The notes below the pieces were generated by a model. It was given only the letters and a program-made list of their open reading frames with translations. It was not told the DNA's origin and did not search any database. 64,000 nt of DNA from Patescibacteria group bacterium (GTDB lineage Bacteria > Patescibacteriota > Microgenomatia > Levybacterales > UBA12049). A program made the translations under genes and the position numbers. Shown here piece after piece: positions 43,811 to 53,273 of the stretch. Positions within the stretch are counted from its first letter, which is position 1; every line of letters starts with the position of its first letter. The stretch spans positions 221,882 to 285,881 of the forward strand of contig JBBTVD010000006.1 of NCBI GenBank assembly GCA_038063415.1. Direction: 5' to 3'.

Positions 43811-46603
43811 TTATTTCTCCTCTTTTTTCATTTCTTTGTATGCATCCATAATACAAAAATTGGTGACTAGTGACAAACCATAATCCTGTGCAAACGCTAC
43901 GGCCTCTGGGCTACTCACGCCATCTTGCAGCCACACCATACGGATATCCCCTCGTTCGACCACTTCCTGCAAATGGGGAATTACTTCTGTCGGCCTGCGA
44001 AAGATGTCAACGATATCTATGGGAATTTCTTTGGGTATAGCTTGTAATGTTGCATAAGACTTCTCACCAAGGATAGTAGTAAGTTTTGGGTTCACTGGAA
44101 TGATTCTATAGCCTTTTCCCTGGAAATATTTTGCGACTCGATAACTGTGTCTTTCAGGATTATCCGACAAACCAATCACCGCAATGGTACGAGCATACTT
44201 CAATACATCCTCATAATTCACATCACTTCCGATTTCTTTCATTGAACGTTTTCCTGCCCATTGCCAGTTCTCAATCGCGCCAGGATCTGCTCCAACTTTG
44301 GTGATGTAAATAAAGTGATCCTTGAGAGCTTTCTTATACTTTTTAATCAGTGTCGCAGCTTTTGATGGCATGATTGCATGTTCATGCACAGCTTTTTCAA
44401 GTGTTTCTATCGCAAGGTGATACCTGTCTGTTTCGTTACGAACCTGCATATCAAAGGGCGTGGTCGTTCCTCCTTCTTCACGATAGCCATGGATACTAAA
44501 CCGTTCAGGGTGCTTCACCGTAAAGAGCATACTTTTAAGTACTTCAGGATATCCATGGAAGGTCACAATGACGGACTTATCAACCGTCAAGTATTTCTCT
44601 GCATCAGGAATTTGTGGCTGGAAATGATCGGTTAGCGCTGATGCAGCTTGGAGTCGAAGCATATTGACGAAACGAATACGTACTTCTGGAGCATCTTGTT
44701 TGACCAGTTCAATCGCAGCAAGAGCCTCTTTGGTAACATAATCACCAATGCCCACAAGCACCACATGCGGATTATCATCACTGGCAAAGTCCCACGTTGC
44801 AATCCCTTTTTTGAGCGCCTGTTTTGCTTGAGGATACGTTAACCAACGAGGTTCAGGAGTTTTGCCAGCAACAACAATATTCATTTGATTTTTAGACGCC
44901 ATTGTCTCATCAAGGGTAGCCAGCATACTATTGTCATCAACGGGGAAATATACCTTGATAAAATCATTTTGTTTTTCAAGCATGCCAGAGATAAAACTAG
45001 GGTTTTGGTGGGAGTACCCATTGTGCTCCTGTCGCCAGGCTGTTGAGGTCAAAAAATAATTAATCGAAGGGATGTCTTCTCGCCAAGGCATCTTGCGGAC
45101 ATATTTCAAAAACTTCTGATACATATGACTCATACTTGAGAAAATCTGGGAGAAAGCTTCATACGTCGTAAAGACCGCATGACGACCAGTTAAGACATAC
45201 CCCTGGGCAAGTCCATGCATCGTGTGTTCTGAAAGCATTTCCATCACACGACCATCGGTAGTGATATCTTTGTCTCCTGGATCATGCGGCCAGACAAATC
45301 CCCGCGCTGTTTCTGTAAACACAGCATCAAGCCGATTAGAATAGGTTTCATCAGGAGACATAAGACGGAAGTTCTTTTGTTTTTTGTTGAGGGCAAAGAT
45401 TTCTTTGAGATATGTTCCTGCCATACGCATTGCATTTGAGTGAATCTCACCGGGTGTTTCAAGTGGCTTTGCGAGCTTCTTGCCATCAGGTAAGGTAAGT
45501 GGTGTATAATTTTTGCCAAACATGTGCGGATTATCTCCCAATCGGAGATCCCCTGTTGGAATGCTATCCGTTACTTCTTTTGCAAAACCTTTTGTACGAT
45601 CAAAGAGTTCTTCAAAATGGTACGAGCGCAACCACTCTTCCAAGGCCTGCAGTTCTTGCTCATCACCTCGAACATTGGGCATAACCACTTGATGGGCTTG
45701 TATTGTTCCCTCAATGGCTTTCCCTCGAAGCTTTTTGATCGTCGTCCAGCCTTTGGGAGTCTGAAGAATAATCATTGGGAATCGAGGTCTGACGGCATCT
45801 TTTTTCTTGGCTGACTCCTGAATTGCACGAATACGCTGATAACACGTCTCCATCGTCTCTGCCATTTCTTCATAAATATTTTCTCCTCCGACAAAAAATG
45901 GTTCGTACCCATAGCCAGTGAAGAGTGCTTTTAGTTCTGTTTTACTCATCCGACCAAAGATTGTTGGACCTGAAATTTTGTAGCCATTGACATGCAGGAT
46001 TGGAAGGACTGCTCCATTGGTTGCTGGATTAATGAGTTTATTGGTATGCCATGCAGCGGCAATCGCGCCAGTCTCAGCTTCTCCATCGCCAATCAAGCAA
46101 ACTGCCAGAAGATCAGGATTATCAAGCACTGCTCCGTAGGCTGAAGCAAGTGAATAGCCAAGTTCTCCACCTTCAAGAATTAACCCAGGAGTTTCGGGAC
46201 TACAATGACTGGAAAAGCCATACGGCCAGGCAAACATTTTGGAAACGTATTTGATACCTTTCTCGTCAAGCGTTGCCTGTGGGTAGTATTTTTTAAGCGT
46301 ACCTTCAAGAAATAAATTTGCCTGGAGACCCGGCATCCCATGCCCTGGACCAAGGACAAAAACTGATGACTGATTGTGTCTTTTGACAAGCGCATTGGTG
46401 TGAGCATAGACAAAGTTTATTCCAGGACAAGTTCCCCAATGACCAAAAAGTTTTGGTTTGATATCAGATGACTTAAGCGGACGCTCGAGAAGAACGTTCT
46501 CCTGAAGATAGATTTGGGTAACCGTCAAATAGTTTGCGGCTCGTACATATGTTTTGATTTGCTCGATAGTTGTGTTCATAAGTAGTATAGATTTACTTCC
46601 CAA
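43811..46603 (-). CDS. xfp: Xylulose-5-P/fructose-6-P phosphoketolase fused to a C-terminal CoA-binding domain (YccU/PF13380-like)
   Basis: Xfp motifs GHWGTCPGINFVYAH, GPGHGMPG and TPP-binding GGELGYSLASAYGAVLDNPDLLAVCLIGDGEAETG. The extra ~140 aa at the C-terminus are ARTIAVIGLSDNPERHSYRVAKYFQGKGYRIIPVNPK...DIVDIFRRPTEVIPHLQEVVERGDIRMVWLQDGV, which is the CoA-binding Rossmann-like domain pattern. Confidence 0.85.
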   Translation of the reverse strand: MGSKSILLMNTTIEQIKTYVRAANYLTVTQIYLQENVLLERPLKSSDIKPKLFGHWGTCPGINFVYAHTNALVKRHNQSSVFVLGPGHGMPGLQANLFLEGTLKKYYPQATLDEKGIKYVSKMFAWPYGFSSHCSPETPGLILEGGELGYSLASAYGAVLDNPDLLAVCLIGDGEAETGAIAAAWHTNKLINPATNGAVLPILHVNGYKISGPTIFGRMSKTELKALFTGYGYEPFFVGGENIYEEMAETMETCYQRIRAIQESAKKKDAVRPRFPMIILQTPKGWTTIKKLRGKAIEGTIQAHQVVMPNVRGDEQELQALEEWLRSYHFEELFDRTKGFAKEVTDSIPTGDLRLGDNPHMFGKNYTPLTLPDGKKLAKPLETPGEIHSNAMRMAGTYLKEIFALNKKQKNFRLMSPDETYSNRLDAVFTETARGFVWPHDPGDKDITTDGRVMEMLSEHTMHGLAQGYVLTGRHAVFTTYEAFSQIFSSMSHMYQKFLKYVRKMPWREDIPSINYFLTSTAWRQEHNGYSHQNPSFISGMLEKQNDFIKVYFPVDDNSMLATLDETMASKNQMNIVVAGKTPEPRWLTYPQAKQALKKGIATWDFASDDNPHVVLVGIGDYVTKEALAAIELVKQDAPEVRIRFVNMLRLQAASALTDHFQPQIPDAEKYLTVDKSVIVTFHGYPEVLKSMLFTVKHPERFSIHGYREEGGTTTPFDMQVRNETDRYHLAIETLEKAVHEHAIMPSKAATLIKKYKKALKDHFIYITKVGADPGAIENWQWAGKRSMKEIGSDVNYEDVLKYARTIAVIGLSDNPERHSYRVAKYFQGKGYRIIPVNPKLTTILGEKSYATLQAIPKEIPIDIVDIFRRPTEVIPHLQEVVERGDIRMVWLQDGVSSPEAVAFAQDYGLSLVTNFCIMDAYKEMKKEEK

Positions 46604-46702
46604 GCTAAGGGGAACATTCCTCCTTGCCTGCTCTCTTAATCAATACGCTACTGCTCAGACAAGACGATACACAATCATCCGTCTAAACTATTCTCTTTCG
46701 GC

Positions 46703-46760
46703 CGTCATCCTGGTAAACGAAGTGCATCCAGGATCGATTCTGGACAAGCCAGAATGACGG
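46703..46760. repeat. Structured palindromic intergenic repeat, copy 3 of 3, inverted orientation and lacking the 10-nt internal spacer, in the greA-xfp spacer
   Basis: The reverse complement reads ccgtcattctggcttgtccagaatcgatcctggatgcacttcgtttaccaggatgacgg. Same element as 11606-11676 and 29531-29601. Confidence 0.6.
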
Positions 46761-46762
46761 TG

Positions 46763-47236
46763 TCAACCAATAGACACGACTCTATACATAACTGTTCCTG
46801 CTGGGGCTTCAACAGCAACCTCATCACCAACGGTTTTTCCAAGTAATGCTTTCCCAAGTGGTGATTCATGGGAAATTTTCTTTTGCTCAGGATCTGCCTC
46901 CCATTCACCAACAACATGAAAGACTGCTTCACGTGAGTTAATCTTGACCGTCACTTGTGAACCAAGCTCAACCATATTTGATGTATGATTACTATCATCG
47001 ATCAAAACAACTTGTTTCAGTAATAATTCAAGTTCTTCAATGCGTCCATCGATAAACGCGAGTTCTTCTTTTGCTGCAATATATTCTGCATTTTCTGAAA
47101 GATCTCCTTGATCGCGTGCTTCAGAAAGTCGTGCAACAATAGCCGGACGTTTCGTATTAAGGAGTTCGTTATATTCTTTTTTAAGGTCGTCAAGACCCTG
47201 TTTGGTGAGATACATTTTTTTGCTGTTTGGATTCAT
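46763..47236 (-). CDS. greA: Transcription elongation factor GreA
   Basis: N-terminal coiled-coil (YLTKQGLDDLKKEYNELLNTKRPAIVARLSEARDQGDLSENAEY) and a C-terminal FKBP-like domain; 157 aa. Confidence 0.9.
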   Translation of the reverse strand: MNPNSKKMYLTKQGLDDLKKEYNELLNTKRPAIVARLSEARDQGDLSENAEYIAAKEELAFIDGRIEELELLLKQVVLIDDSNHTSNMVELGSQVTVKINSREAVFHVVGEWEADPEQKKISHESPLGKALLGKTVGDEVAVEAPAGTVMYRVVSIG

Positions 47237-47278
47237 AAGATGATTTGTTTAGTAAATCTGAGCCAGTATATGTAATAT

Positions 47279-48211
47279 TCAAAACTTTGTCAATAAGCCT
47301 ACTTTTTCGCATTTCTCCCTGAAATTACGCAAAATATGCGTCTCATAATTATATGGGTGAAAAGCAAGTTTATGTTTTGTCACAATTTCATGCGTGTGAT
47401 GCTTACGAATGGTACGTAATTGTAACGCTTTGGAAACGTTGATAATAAGACCCTTACTGAGCAATGACTGCAGGACGTGTAAGACGAGATACTCCCGGCG
47501 CCATATCCGGCCAACAATGGGTAATAACTCCTGCGTGCTATTGGGTAAAAAAGTATGTATCCAGTCGTTTGCCGCAAGAAATCGTCTAAAGATATTCTCC
47601 CGTTCAAATAATGGCCGAACTTGTGCAATTTCATGCGCTGTATAGAGATTTTGTTTTGCTTTTTCCCAGTGAAGATGTGTTTCATCAATAAGTAAATTGA
47701 CACACACTTTATCAGGAGCAGTCTGCTCCCCTGCACGACGACGAAGGCCATATGCCTCAAGTAAAGACAAAATAATAAGTCGAGTACTATACAGTGTTTC
47801 TTTTTTGGTGATGATAAAAAAATCAATATCATCTTGTGGACGGGCATCTCCAACAGCAAGACTACCACTCACGCCAATAAAAAGTATTGTCGGGATATAC
47901 GAAAGCTTCTGAGCGATGGTATTGGCAGCATGCATTTTCTGCAGAAAAAGCTCGCGATGCTCCTCTCTTTTGGAAAGAGAAGCTTCACTGCCTGATAAGC
48001 AATACAAGCCATCTTTGGTGATAACATGTGGGATACCATCTTGTAATACTTTTTCAAACCCCTTTTTGCTTAGTGGTCGACGGGTAATCAAAAACTTCCA
48101 TAGCTCTTCTTTTGCCAAGGGAAAGGCAAAGAGATCACTATAGAGTACGGTTCTAAGGATTGCTTGTTGCTGATATGTCATATTTCTGTAAAGTTTGGGC
48201 AACTCCTCCAT
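47279..48211 (-). CDS. Predicted nucleotidyltransferase-fold protein (Pol-beta-like GS...DxD motif); function unknown
   Basis: GVSGSLAVGDARPQDDIDFFII (GS-x10-DxD), and a later acidic residue in LLIDE. The N- and C-terminal regions are unassigned. Confidence 0.45.
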   Translation of the reverse strand: MEELPKLYRNMTYQQQAILRTVLYSDLFAFPLAKEELWKFLITRRPLSKKGFEKVLQDGIPHVITKDGLYCLSGSEASLSKREEHRELFLQKMHAANTIAQKLSYIPTILFIGVSGSLAVGDARPQDDIDFFIITKKETLYSTRLIILSLLEAYGLRRRAGEQTAPDKVCVNLLIDETHLHWEKAKQNLYTAHEIAQVRPLFERENIFRRFLAANDWIHTFLPNSTQELLPIVGRIWRREYLVLHVLQSLLSKGLIINVSKALQLRTIRKHHTHEIVTKHKLAFHPYNYETHILRNFREKCEKVGLLTKF

Positions 48212-49727
48212 TGAATGAAGTCATTACTGATTTCGGACTTGTCCCGTCATTAACGATAGCATTCACGGCATCTCCCAAATAGGTATTGGCAAGAGAATTA
48301 AGTCCTCCTTCACCATCCTGTGTGTCGCTGACAAAAAAAGACGAGTCCGCAGTCTCCATTTGTGCGACAAAAGGAGCAACAATTTTATTGTCTTTTACTG
48401 AATCTGCTAAATCAATCCGTGCAGGAGGCTCTCCAAATCCTCGAGCTTTCGCTGCTTCACTATAAAATTTTTGTGCAGTTTCTTTTTTGGCAAGATATTG
48501 CATAAAGAGCAGCGCTTCTTTTTGGTTTGCGCTTCTTGCTGAAACTCCTTCAACCCAATAACTAGCAATCGTTGTGTTTTTCCCGTACAGGCCAGGAACA
48601 GGATGTACAGCAAAAGGTAAGTTTGCATTGAGTCGTTGCAAACGAAAAACATCCCAAGAATACCCAAAGTACATAGCGACAGTTCCTTTGCTAAAAGCAA
48701 GTAATGACTCATCAAGACGACTATCCCACACACGCTGATCGTCAGCTCCGAATCCTGTATAGAACGTAAGTGCCTCAATTTCTGCATCAAGAGACGTATC
48801 CAAATCTAACAAATTAATACCTTGCTGTTTGAACAGTACAGAAATGATATCGGGAGCATGGGTAATATTGCCATAGACACCGATCGCCGCACCAGAAGTT
48901 TTAATCTCGCCCTGCTCATCTTTAACCGTCATTTTTTTGGCAGCTTTGGTAAAATCATCCCAATTGGTTGGTGGAGGGACACCTGCTGATTCAAGAAGCT
49001 CGGTGTTTACAAAGAGTGCAAGACTATCCGTACCAAGTGGAATACCATAAATTGCACCCTTACGAACAAGATCATCCTGCATCACCGGGTAATACGTCTT
49101 TTTAAAATCTGCCGCACTTATGACATCTGAAGATAATGGTACAAGCATATCTTGCATTATCGGAAGCCAGGTGTTATGAAAACGGAAAATATCTGGGCCA
49201 GTATCATTATTAATTCGACTGATAAGACGGTCACGATACTGTTTGGGATCTTGTTTGATATATTCGACTAGAATAGTCGGATTTTCTTTTTCAAAATCGC
49301 TAATAAGCGCCTGCATCGTTGCGTTTTCTTCCCATAATCCCCACCATACAAGCTTCACATTTTTTGATGTTTCTTTTTTGGGCAGAAAAAGAAAGATGAG
49401 CAAAATAATAACTGCAAGGATACCTACCCCAATAAGAATCTTTTTAAGTAATCCATTCCCTCCTGCCGATTGTGACGCAGGTTCTTCTGGAACAGTATCG
49501 TCAGGTGGAGGGCTCTCTGTTCCAACACCACCAGTATCTCCTGTCGTGCTTGTCGCATCCGCAGTAGGTTGTTCACCTACTGCTGCAGGAGTACCTGTGG
49601 GAGACTGCGGATTTGCCTGATCCTGCTGCTCTTGATCTGTACTATTTCCATTAAAAACAACATTTCCATCCATAATAATAAGCCAAGTATAGTATAATAC
49701 GAGAGGGATACGCATAGCAATGCTCAC
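48153..49727 (-). CDS. Extracellular solute-binding protein (ABC-type, family 1 sugar-binding-like), anchored by an N-terminal TM helix and preceded by a long low-complexity segment; no cognate permease is adjacent.
   Basis: A Gly/Thr/Pro/Glu-rich N-terminus, then a TM helix (ILIGVGILAVIILLIFLFL), then the SBP fold (LVWWGLWEENATMQALISDFEKENPTILVEY...). Confidence 0.65.
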   Translation of the reverse strand: MSIAMRIPLVLYYTWLIIMDGNVVFNGNSTDQEQQDQANPQSPTGTPAAVGEQPTADATSTTGDTGGVGTESPPPDDTVPEEPASQSAGGNGLLKKILIGVGILAVIILLIFLFLPKKETSKNVKLVWWGLWEENATMQALISDFEKENPTILVEYIKQDPKQYRDRLISRINNDTGPDIFRFHNTWLPIMQDMLVPLSSDVISAADFKKTYYPVMQDDLVRKGAIYGIPLGTDSLALFVNTELLESAGVPPPTNWDDFTKAAKKMTVKDEQGEIKTSGAAIGVYGNITHAPDIISVLFKQQGINLLDLDTSLDAEIEALTFYTGFGADDQRVWDSRLDESLLAFSKGTVAMYFGYSWDVFRLQRLNANLPFAVHPVPGLYGKNTTIASYWVEGVSARSANQKEALLFMQYLAKKETAQKFYSEAAKARGFGEPPARIDLADSVKDNKIVAPFVAQMETADSSFFVSDTQDGEGGLNSLANTYLGDAVNAIVNDGTSPKSVMTSFNGGVAQTLQKYDISATSNP

Positions 49728-51165
49728 ACAGATACGGGAATCAACAAAAAAATTACACCCTCACCACCCCAAACATGTTGGTATAAAGGTGATAAAGGCA
49801 AGCATTTGGTTTTCTTTGGGAGCTATACTTGGCTTATTCTTTTTTACCAGCTTTCTCTATATTGGATACAAACAATGGTATAGCGACCGAGTCTATCTCG
49901 GAGTTACTGTCGATGGTATTAACTTCAGTGGGAAAACACAAGAGGAAGTGCGTCATTATTTTGCGCAAAAAAATAAGATCCTTCAACAAAGTAGCGTTAC
50001 CTTGCACTATGCAGACACCACAGCAACCATTGCAGCAAAGCAAATTGGCTTTGGGTATGATGAAAACTTACTCGCTGAACAAGCCGTTGACATTGGCAAA
50101 TCAGGCACAACACTTTCTGATATGAGTATTATCACGCAAGCATATATGGATGGGATAAGACTTCCCGGCACCTTCCATTATGATGATAAAAAACTCCAGA
50201 AATTACTCTTACCGCTACAAAAAAAGCTTGATAAGAGACCAATCGATCCTCTCTTTACTGTCACCAACGATAAAGTGGTTACCTTTAGACTGGCAACAAA
50301 TGGACAAGCAGTTGATGTAGCAAAGATTAAAGAAATACTTTTTGAGAAGTTTAAAGAAACTGCTCGAGACAACACCTCCAGTCAAATAACCATGCCTGTA
50401 CCAATTACGGTGGTTACACCTGCTATAGCTGATCAGGCCACAGATCTAGGAATCAAAGAATTGATTGCTCAGGGAAGTTCTTTATTTCAAGGATCAATTG
50501 AAAACCGAATATTCAATATCGGACTTGCGGCATCGAGGCTTAACGGGATTGTTATCAAGCCAGAAGAAGTTTTTTCCTTTAATGAGCATGTCGGAGATAT
50601 TTCCAAGCTAAGTGGATTTAGACAAGCCTATGTTATTGAAAATGGCAAAACCGTTCTGGGCGACGGAGGAGGAGTTTGCCAGGTATCAACCACACTCTTT
50701 CGAGCTGCTCTTAAAGCAGGATTACCCATTATCGAAAGAAACCAACATGCGTATCGGGTGGGGTATTATGAACAAGATGCAGGACCAGGCGTTGATGCTG
50801 CAATCTACTCACCTACTGTTGATCTTAAATTTAAAAATAATACAGGGTACCACATTCTTATTCAGACATATTTTGATCCTACCGTACAAAGCCTGACCTT
50901 TAGCTTGTATGGTACCGATGATGGACGGGAAGTGATCGTTAACGACCCTATCATTCTTTCACAAAGCCCAGCTCCTGAGCCTCGTTATCAAGACGATCCG
51001 AATCTTCCCAAAGATCAAATTCGACAAGTTGATTTTGCAGCCCCCGGAGCGAAAGTTGCCTTTACTCGTGTCGTAAAAAAAGATGATAAAATAATTCTCT
51101 CTGATAAATTTGCTTCAAATTATCGTCCCTGGCAGGCTGTTTATCTCCGGGGGACAAAAGAGTGA
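49720..51165 (+). CDS. VanW-domain protein with an N-terminal TM anchor
   Basis: GGGVCQVSTTLFRAALKAGLPIIERNQHAY is the VanW core, and there is an N-terminal TM helix. 481 aa. Confidence 0.7.
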   Translation: MLTQIRESTKKLHPHHPKHVGIKVIKASIWFSLGAILGLFFFTSFLYIGYKQWYSDRVYLGVTVDGINFSGKTQEEVRHYFAQKNKILQQSSVTLHYADTTATIAAKQIGFGYDENLLAEQAVDIGKSGTTLSDMSIITQAYMDGIRLPGTFHYDDKKLQKLLLPLQKKLDKRPIDPLFTVTNDKVVTFRLATNGQAVDVAKIKEILFEKFKETARDNTSSQITMPVPITVVTPAIADQATDLGIKELIAQGSSLFQGSIENRIFNIGLAASRLNGIVIKPEEVFSFNEHVGDISKLSGFRQAYVIENGKTVLGDGGGVCQVSTTLFRAALKAGLPIIERNQHAYRVGYYEQDAGPGVDAAIYSPTVDLKFKNNTGYHILIQTYFDPTVQSLTFSLYGTDDGREVIVNDPIILSQSPAPEPRYQDDPNLPKDQIRQVDFAAPGAKVAFTRVVKKDDKIILSDKFASNYRPWQAVYLRGTKE

Positions 51166-51175
51166 TCTATAGAAA

Positions 51176-51667
51176 ATGGAAAAGAGTATAAAAAAAATTT
51201 TATCAGTAGACCAAGCTGCTCAAAGAGCAGTAGATCTACAGAAAAAAAACAAAACGATAGTTCTAGCGGGAGGATGTTTTGACGTTCTCCATCGTGGGCA
51301 TGTTGCCTTTCTCCAAAAAGCAAAAGAGCAAGGAGATATCCTACTCGTGCTCCTTGAACATGATGACCGGATCAAAAAGTGGAAAGGGCCGACAAGGCCA
51401 GTTAATAACCAACAGGATCGAGCATATATTTTGGCACATATGACTCCTGTTGATTATGTCGTTCTCCTTCCTGCAGTAATGGACAATAAGGCCTATGATA
51501 CACTGGTAAATCAGCTAAAACCTGCTATAATCGCTACAACGGCAGGAGACAGGAATCGAGGCCACAAAGAAAGACAGGCCAAACAAATCGGTGCGCGCGT
51601 AATAGATGTTACGCCAATGATTGAAAATCAATCGACGACGAATGTCCTTGCTATCTTACAAGATTAA
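51176..51667 (+). CDS. Cytidylyltransferase-like nucleotidyltransferase (HxGH family; RfaE domain II / TagD-like)
   Basis: IVLAGGCFDVLHRGHVAFLQKAKEQGDILLVLLEHDDRI...TRPVNNQQDRAYILAHMTPVDYVVLL shows the HxGH motif and the RfaE-II-like pattern. Confidence 0.65.
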   Translation: MEKSIKKILSVDQAAQRAVDLQKKNKTIVLAGGCFDVLHRGHVAFLQKAKEQGDILLVLLEHDDRIKKWKGPTRPVNNQQDRAYILAHMTPVDYVVLLPAVMDNKAYDTLVNQLKPAIIATTAGDRNRGHKERQAKQIGARVIDVTPMIENQSTTNVLAILQD

Positions 51668-51670
51668 CGT

Positions 51671-52135
51671 ATGAATCTTAACGGTGTTATTATTATCTTT
51701 GTCATTGTTCTTGCGGTCTTCTTTGGTGTTATCTTTACGCAATTTAATCAAGGAAGCAAAAAACTTGAGGCAACGAAAGTAACGATTAATGAAGCTACTT
51801 ATACTGCTGAGATTGCCCAAACCGACGAACAAAAAGAAATTGGCTTATCCGGTCGGGATTCGATAGCTGATGATCGTGCGATGCTTTTTGTCTTTGAAAA
51901 GCCAGGAACCTATCAATTCTGGATGAAGGATATGAAGTTCCCTATTGATATCATCTTTATCAATGGCGATAAGATTGTCTCTTTTGTTGAGAATACCCAA
52001 CCTTCACCAAATAATGATAATTTGCAACGATATGCTCCAGAAGGGACCATTGATAAAGCACTTGAAGTCAAAGCCGGAACCGTACAAAAAAGTGGCTTTA
52101 AAAAAGGTGATACGGTAACAATTGAAAAGAAATAG
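51671..52135 (+). CDS. DUF192 (COG1430) family secreted protein
   Basis: N-terminal TM/signal, then EIGLSGRDSIADDRAMLFVFEKPGTYQFWMKDMKFPIDIIFI, the typical DUF192 core. Confidence 0.6.
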   Translation: MNLNGVIIIFVIVLAVFFGVIFTQFNQGSKKLEATKVTINEATYTAEIAQTDEQKEIGLSGRDSIADDRAMLFVFEKPGTYQFWMKDMKFPIDIIFINGDKIVSFVENTQPSPNNDNLQRYAPEGTIDKALEVKAGTVQKSGFKKGDTVTIEKK

Positions 52136-52147
52136 CAAAAGACTATT

Positions 52148-53227
52148 ATGGTTATCCTCGGTATAGAAACCTCATGTGACGAAACAGCAGCAGCAGTTGT
52201 TGAAAAGAAAGAAGATAGAGCTGTATTGCGTTCAACTTCTGTCGCATCCTCTTTAAAACTTCATGCAGAGACGGGAGGAATTATCCCTGAAATTGCCGCA
52301 CGAAAACAAATAGAATATATGCTGCCTGTGATCAAACAAGCAGTAAAAGAAGCAGCTATTGATCTGTCAAAAGATATTGATGCAATCGCCGTGACCTATG
52401 GACCAGGACTTATTGGCTCACTCCTTGTTGGTGTAGAAACAGCAAAGACACTTGCGTACGTCTTGAATAAGCCAATTATTCCGGTGAATCATATGCTCGG
52501 ACATATATATGCGAATTGGATCATCCCCGACAAAAACCCTCCAACACTCCCGGCCCTTGCAATGGTAGTATCGGGAGGACATACCGATTTATTGCTTCTA
52601 AAAAAACATGGTGAGATACAACTACTGGGAGGAACTCGTGATGATGCTGCAGGAGAATGTTTTGACAAATGCGCAAGGCTGCTTGGCTATGCATACCCTG
52701 GAGGACCAAAGATTGCACTCCTCGCAAAAAAAGGCAACCCTGATGCCTTTAACTTCCCTCGCCCAATGATTGGGAGTCATGATTATGATTTTTCCTTTTC
52801 CGGATTAAAGACAGCATTCCTGAATACAACAAAAAAACTTTTCCCGATTCTTCGCTCTTCAGATACAAAAATCGGCTGGCAACAAATTGATCTTGAGACG
52901 CAACTTGCCGATACACAAAAACAAACACTCTATGACCTTTGTGCATCGCTTGAGAAAGCTATTGTTCAAGTACTTGTCAGAAAGGCCATGAAAGCAATCG
53001 AACAACACAACGTTCATTCGTTTCTCCTCTCAGGAGGCGCTGCTGCCAATGAAAGTTTACGTGATTTATTTACCAGCAAATGTGAACAAGCAGACATCGA
53101 TTTTTTTGTCCCGAACATCCACTTGTGTACAGATAATGCAGCTATGATTGCTGCTGCTGCTGCGTATAACTATCATCCAGTTCCTTGGAAAGAAGTTACG
53201 GCTGATCCACAACTCTATTTTAGCTAA
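52148..53227 (+). CDS. tsaD: tRNA N6-adenosine threonylcarbamoyltransferase TsaD (Kae1/YgjD family)
   Basis: MVILGIETSCDETAAAVV, the HMLGHIYAN metal-binding motif and VSGGAAANESLR; 359 aa. Confidence 0.9.
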   Translation: MVILGIETSCDETAAAVVEKKEDRAVLRSTSVASSLKLHAETGGIIPEIAARKQIEYMLPVIKQAVKEAAIDLSKDIDAIAVTYGPGLIGSLLVGVETAKTLAYVLNKPIIPVNHMLGHIYANWIIPDKNPPTLPALAMVVSGGHTDLLLLKKHGEIQLLGGTRDDAAGECFDKCARLLGYAYPGGPKIALLAKKGNPDAFNFPRPMIGSHDYDFSFSGLKTAFLNTTKKLFPILRSSDTKIGWQQIDLETQLADTQKQTLYDLCASLEKAIVQVLVRKAMKAIEQHNVHSFLLSGGAAANESLRDLFTSKCEQADIDFFVPNIHLCTDNAAMIAAAAAYNYHPVPWKEVTADPQLYFS

Positions 53228-53273
53228 TATTCTTACCAACTTTTCCATAGATTCTTGCTAGTATAGATAAATT

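Noticed and set aside
47279-48211. CBASS-type CD-NTase
   Set aside because: The GS-x10-DxD motif is generic to Pol-beta NTases. No effector, Cap or HORMA/TRIP13 genes flank it; the neighbours are greA and a solute-binding protein.
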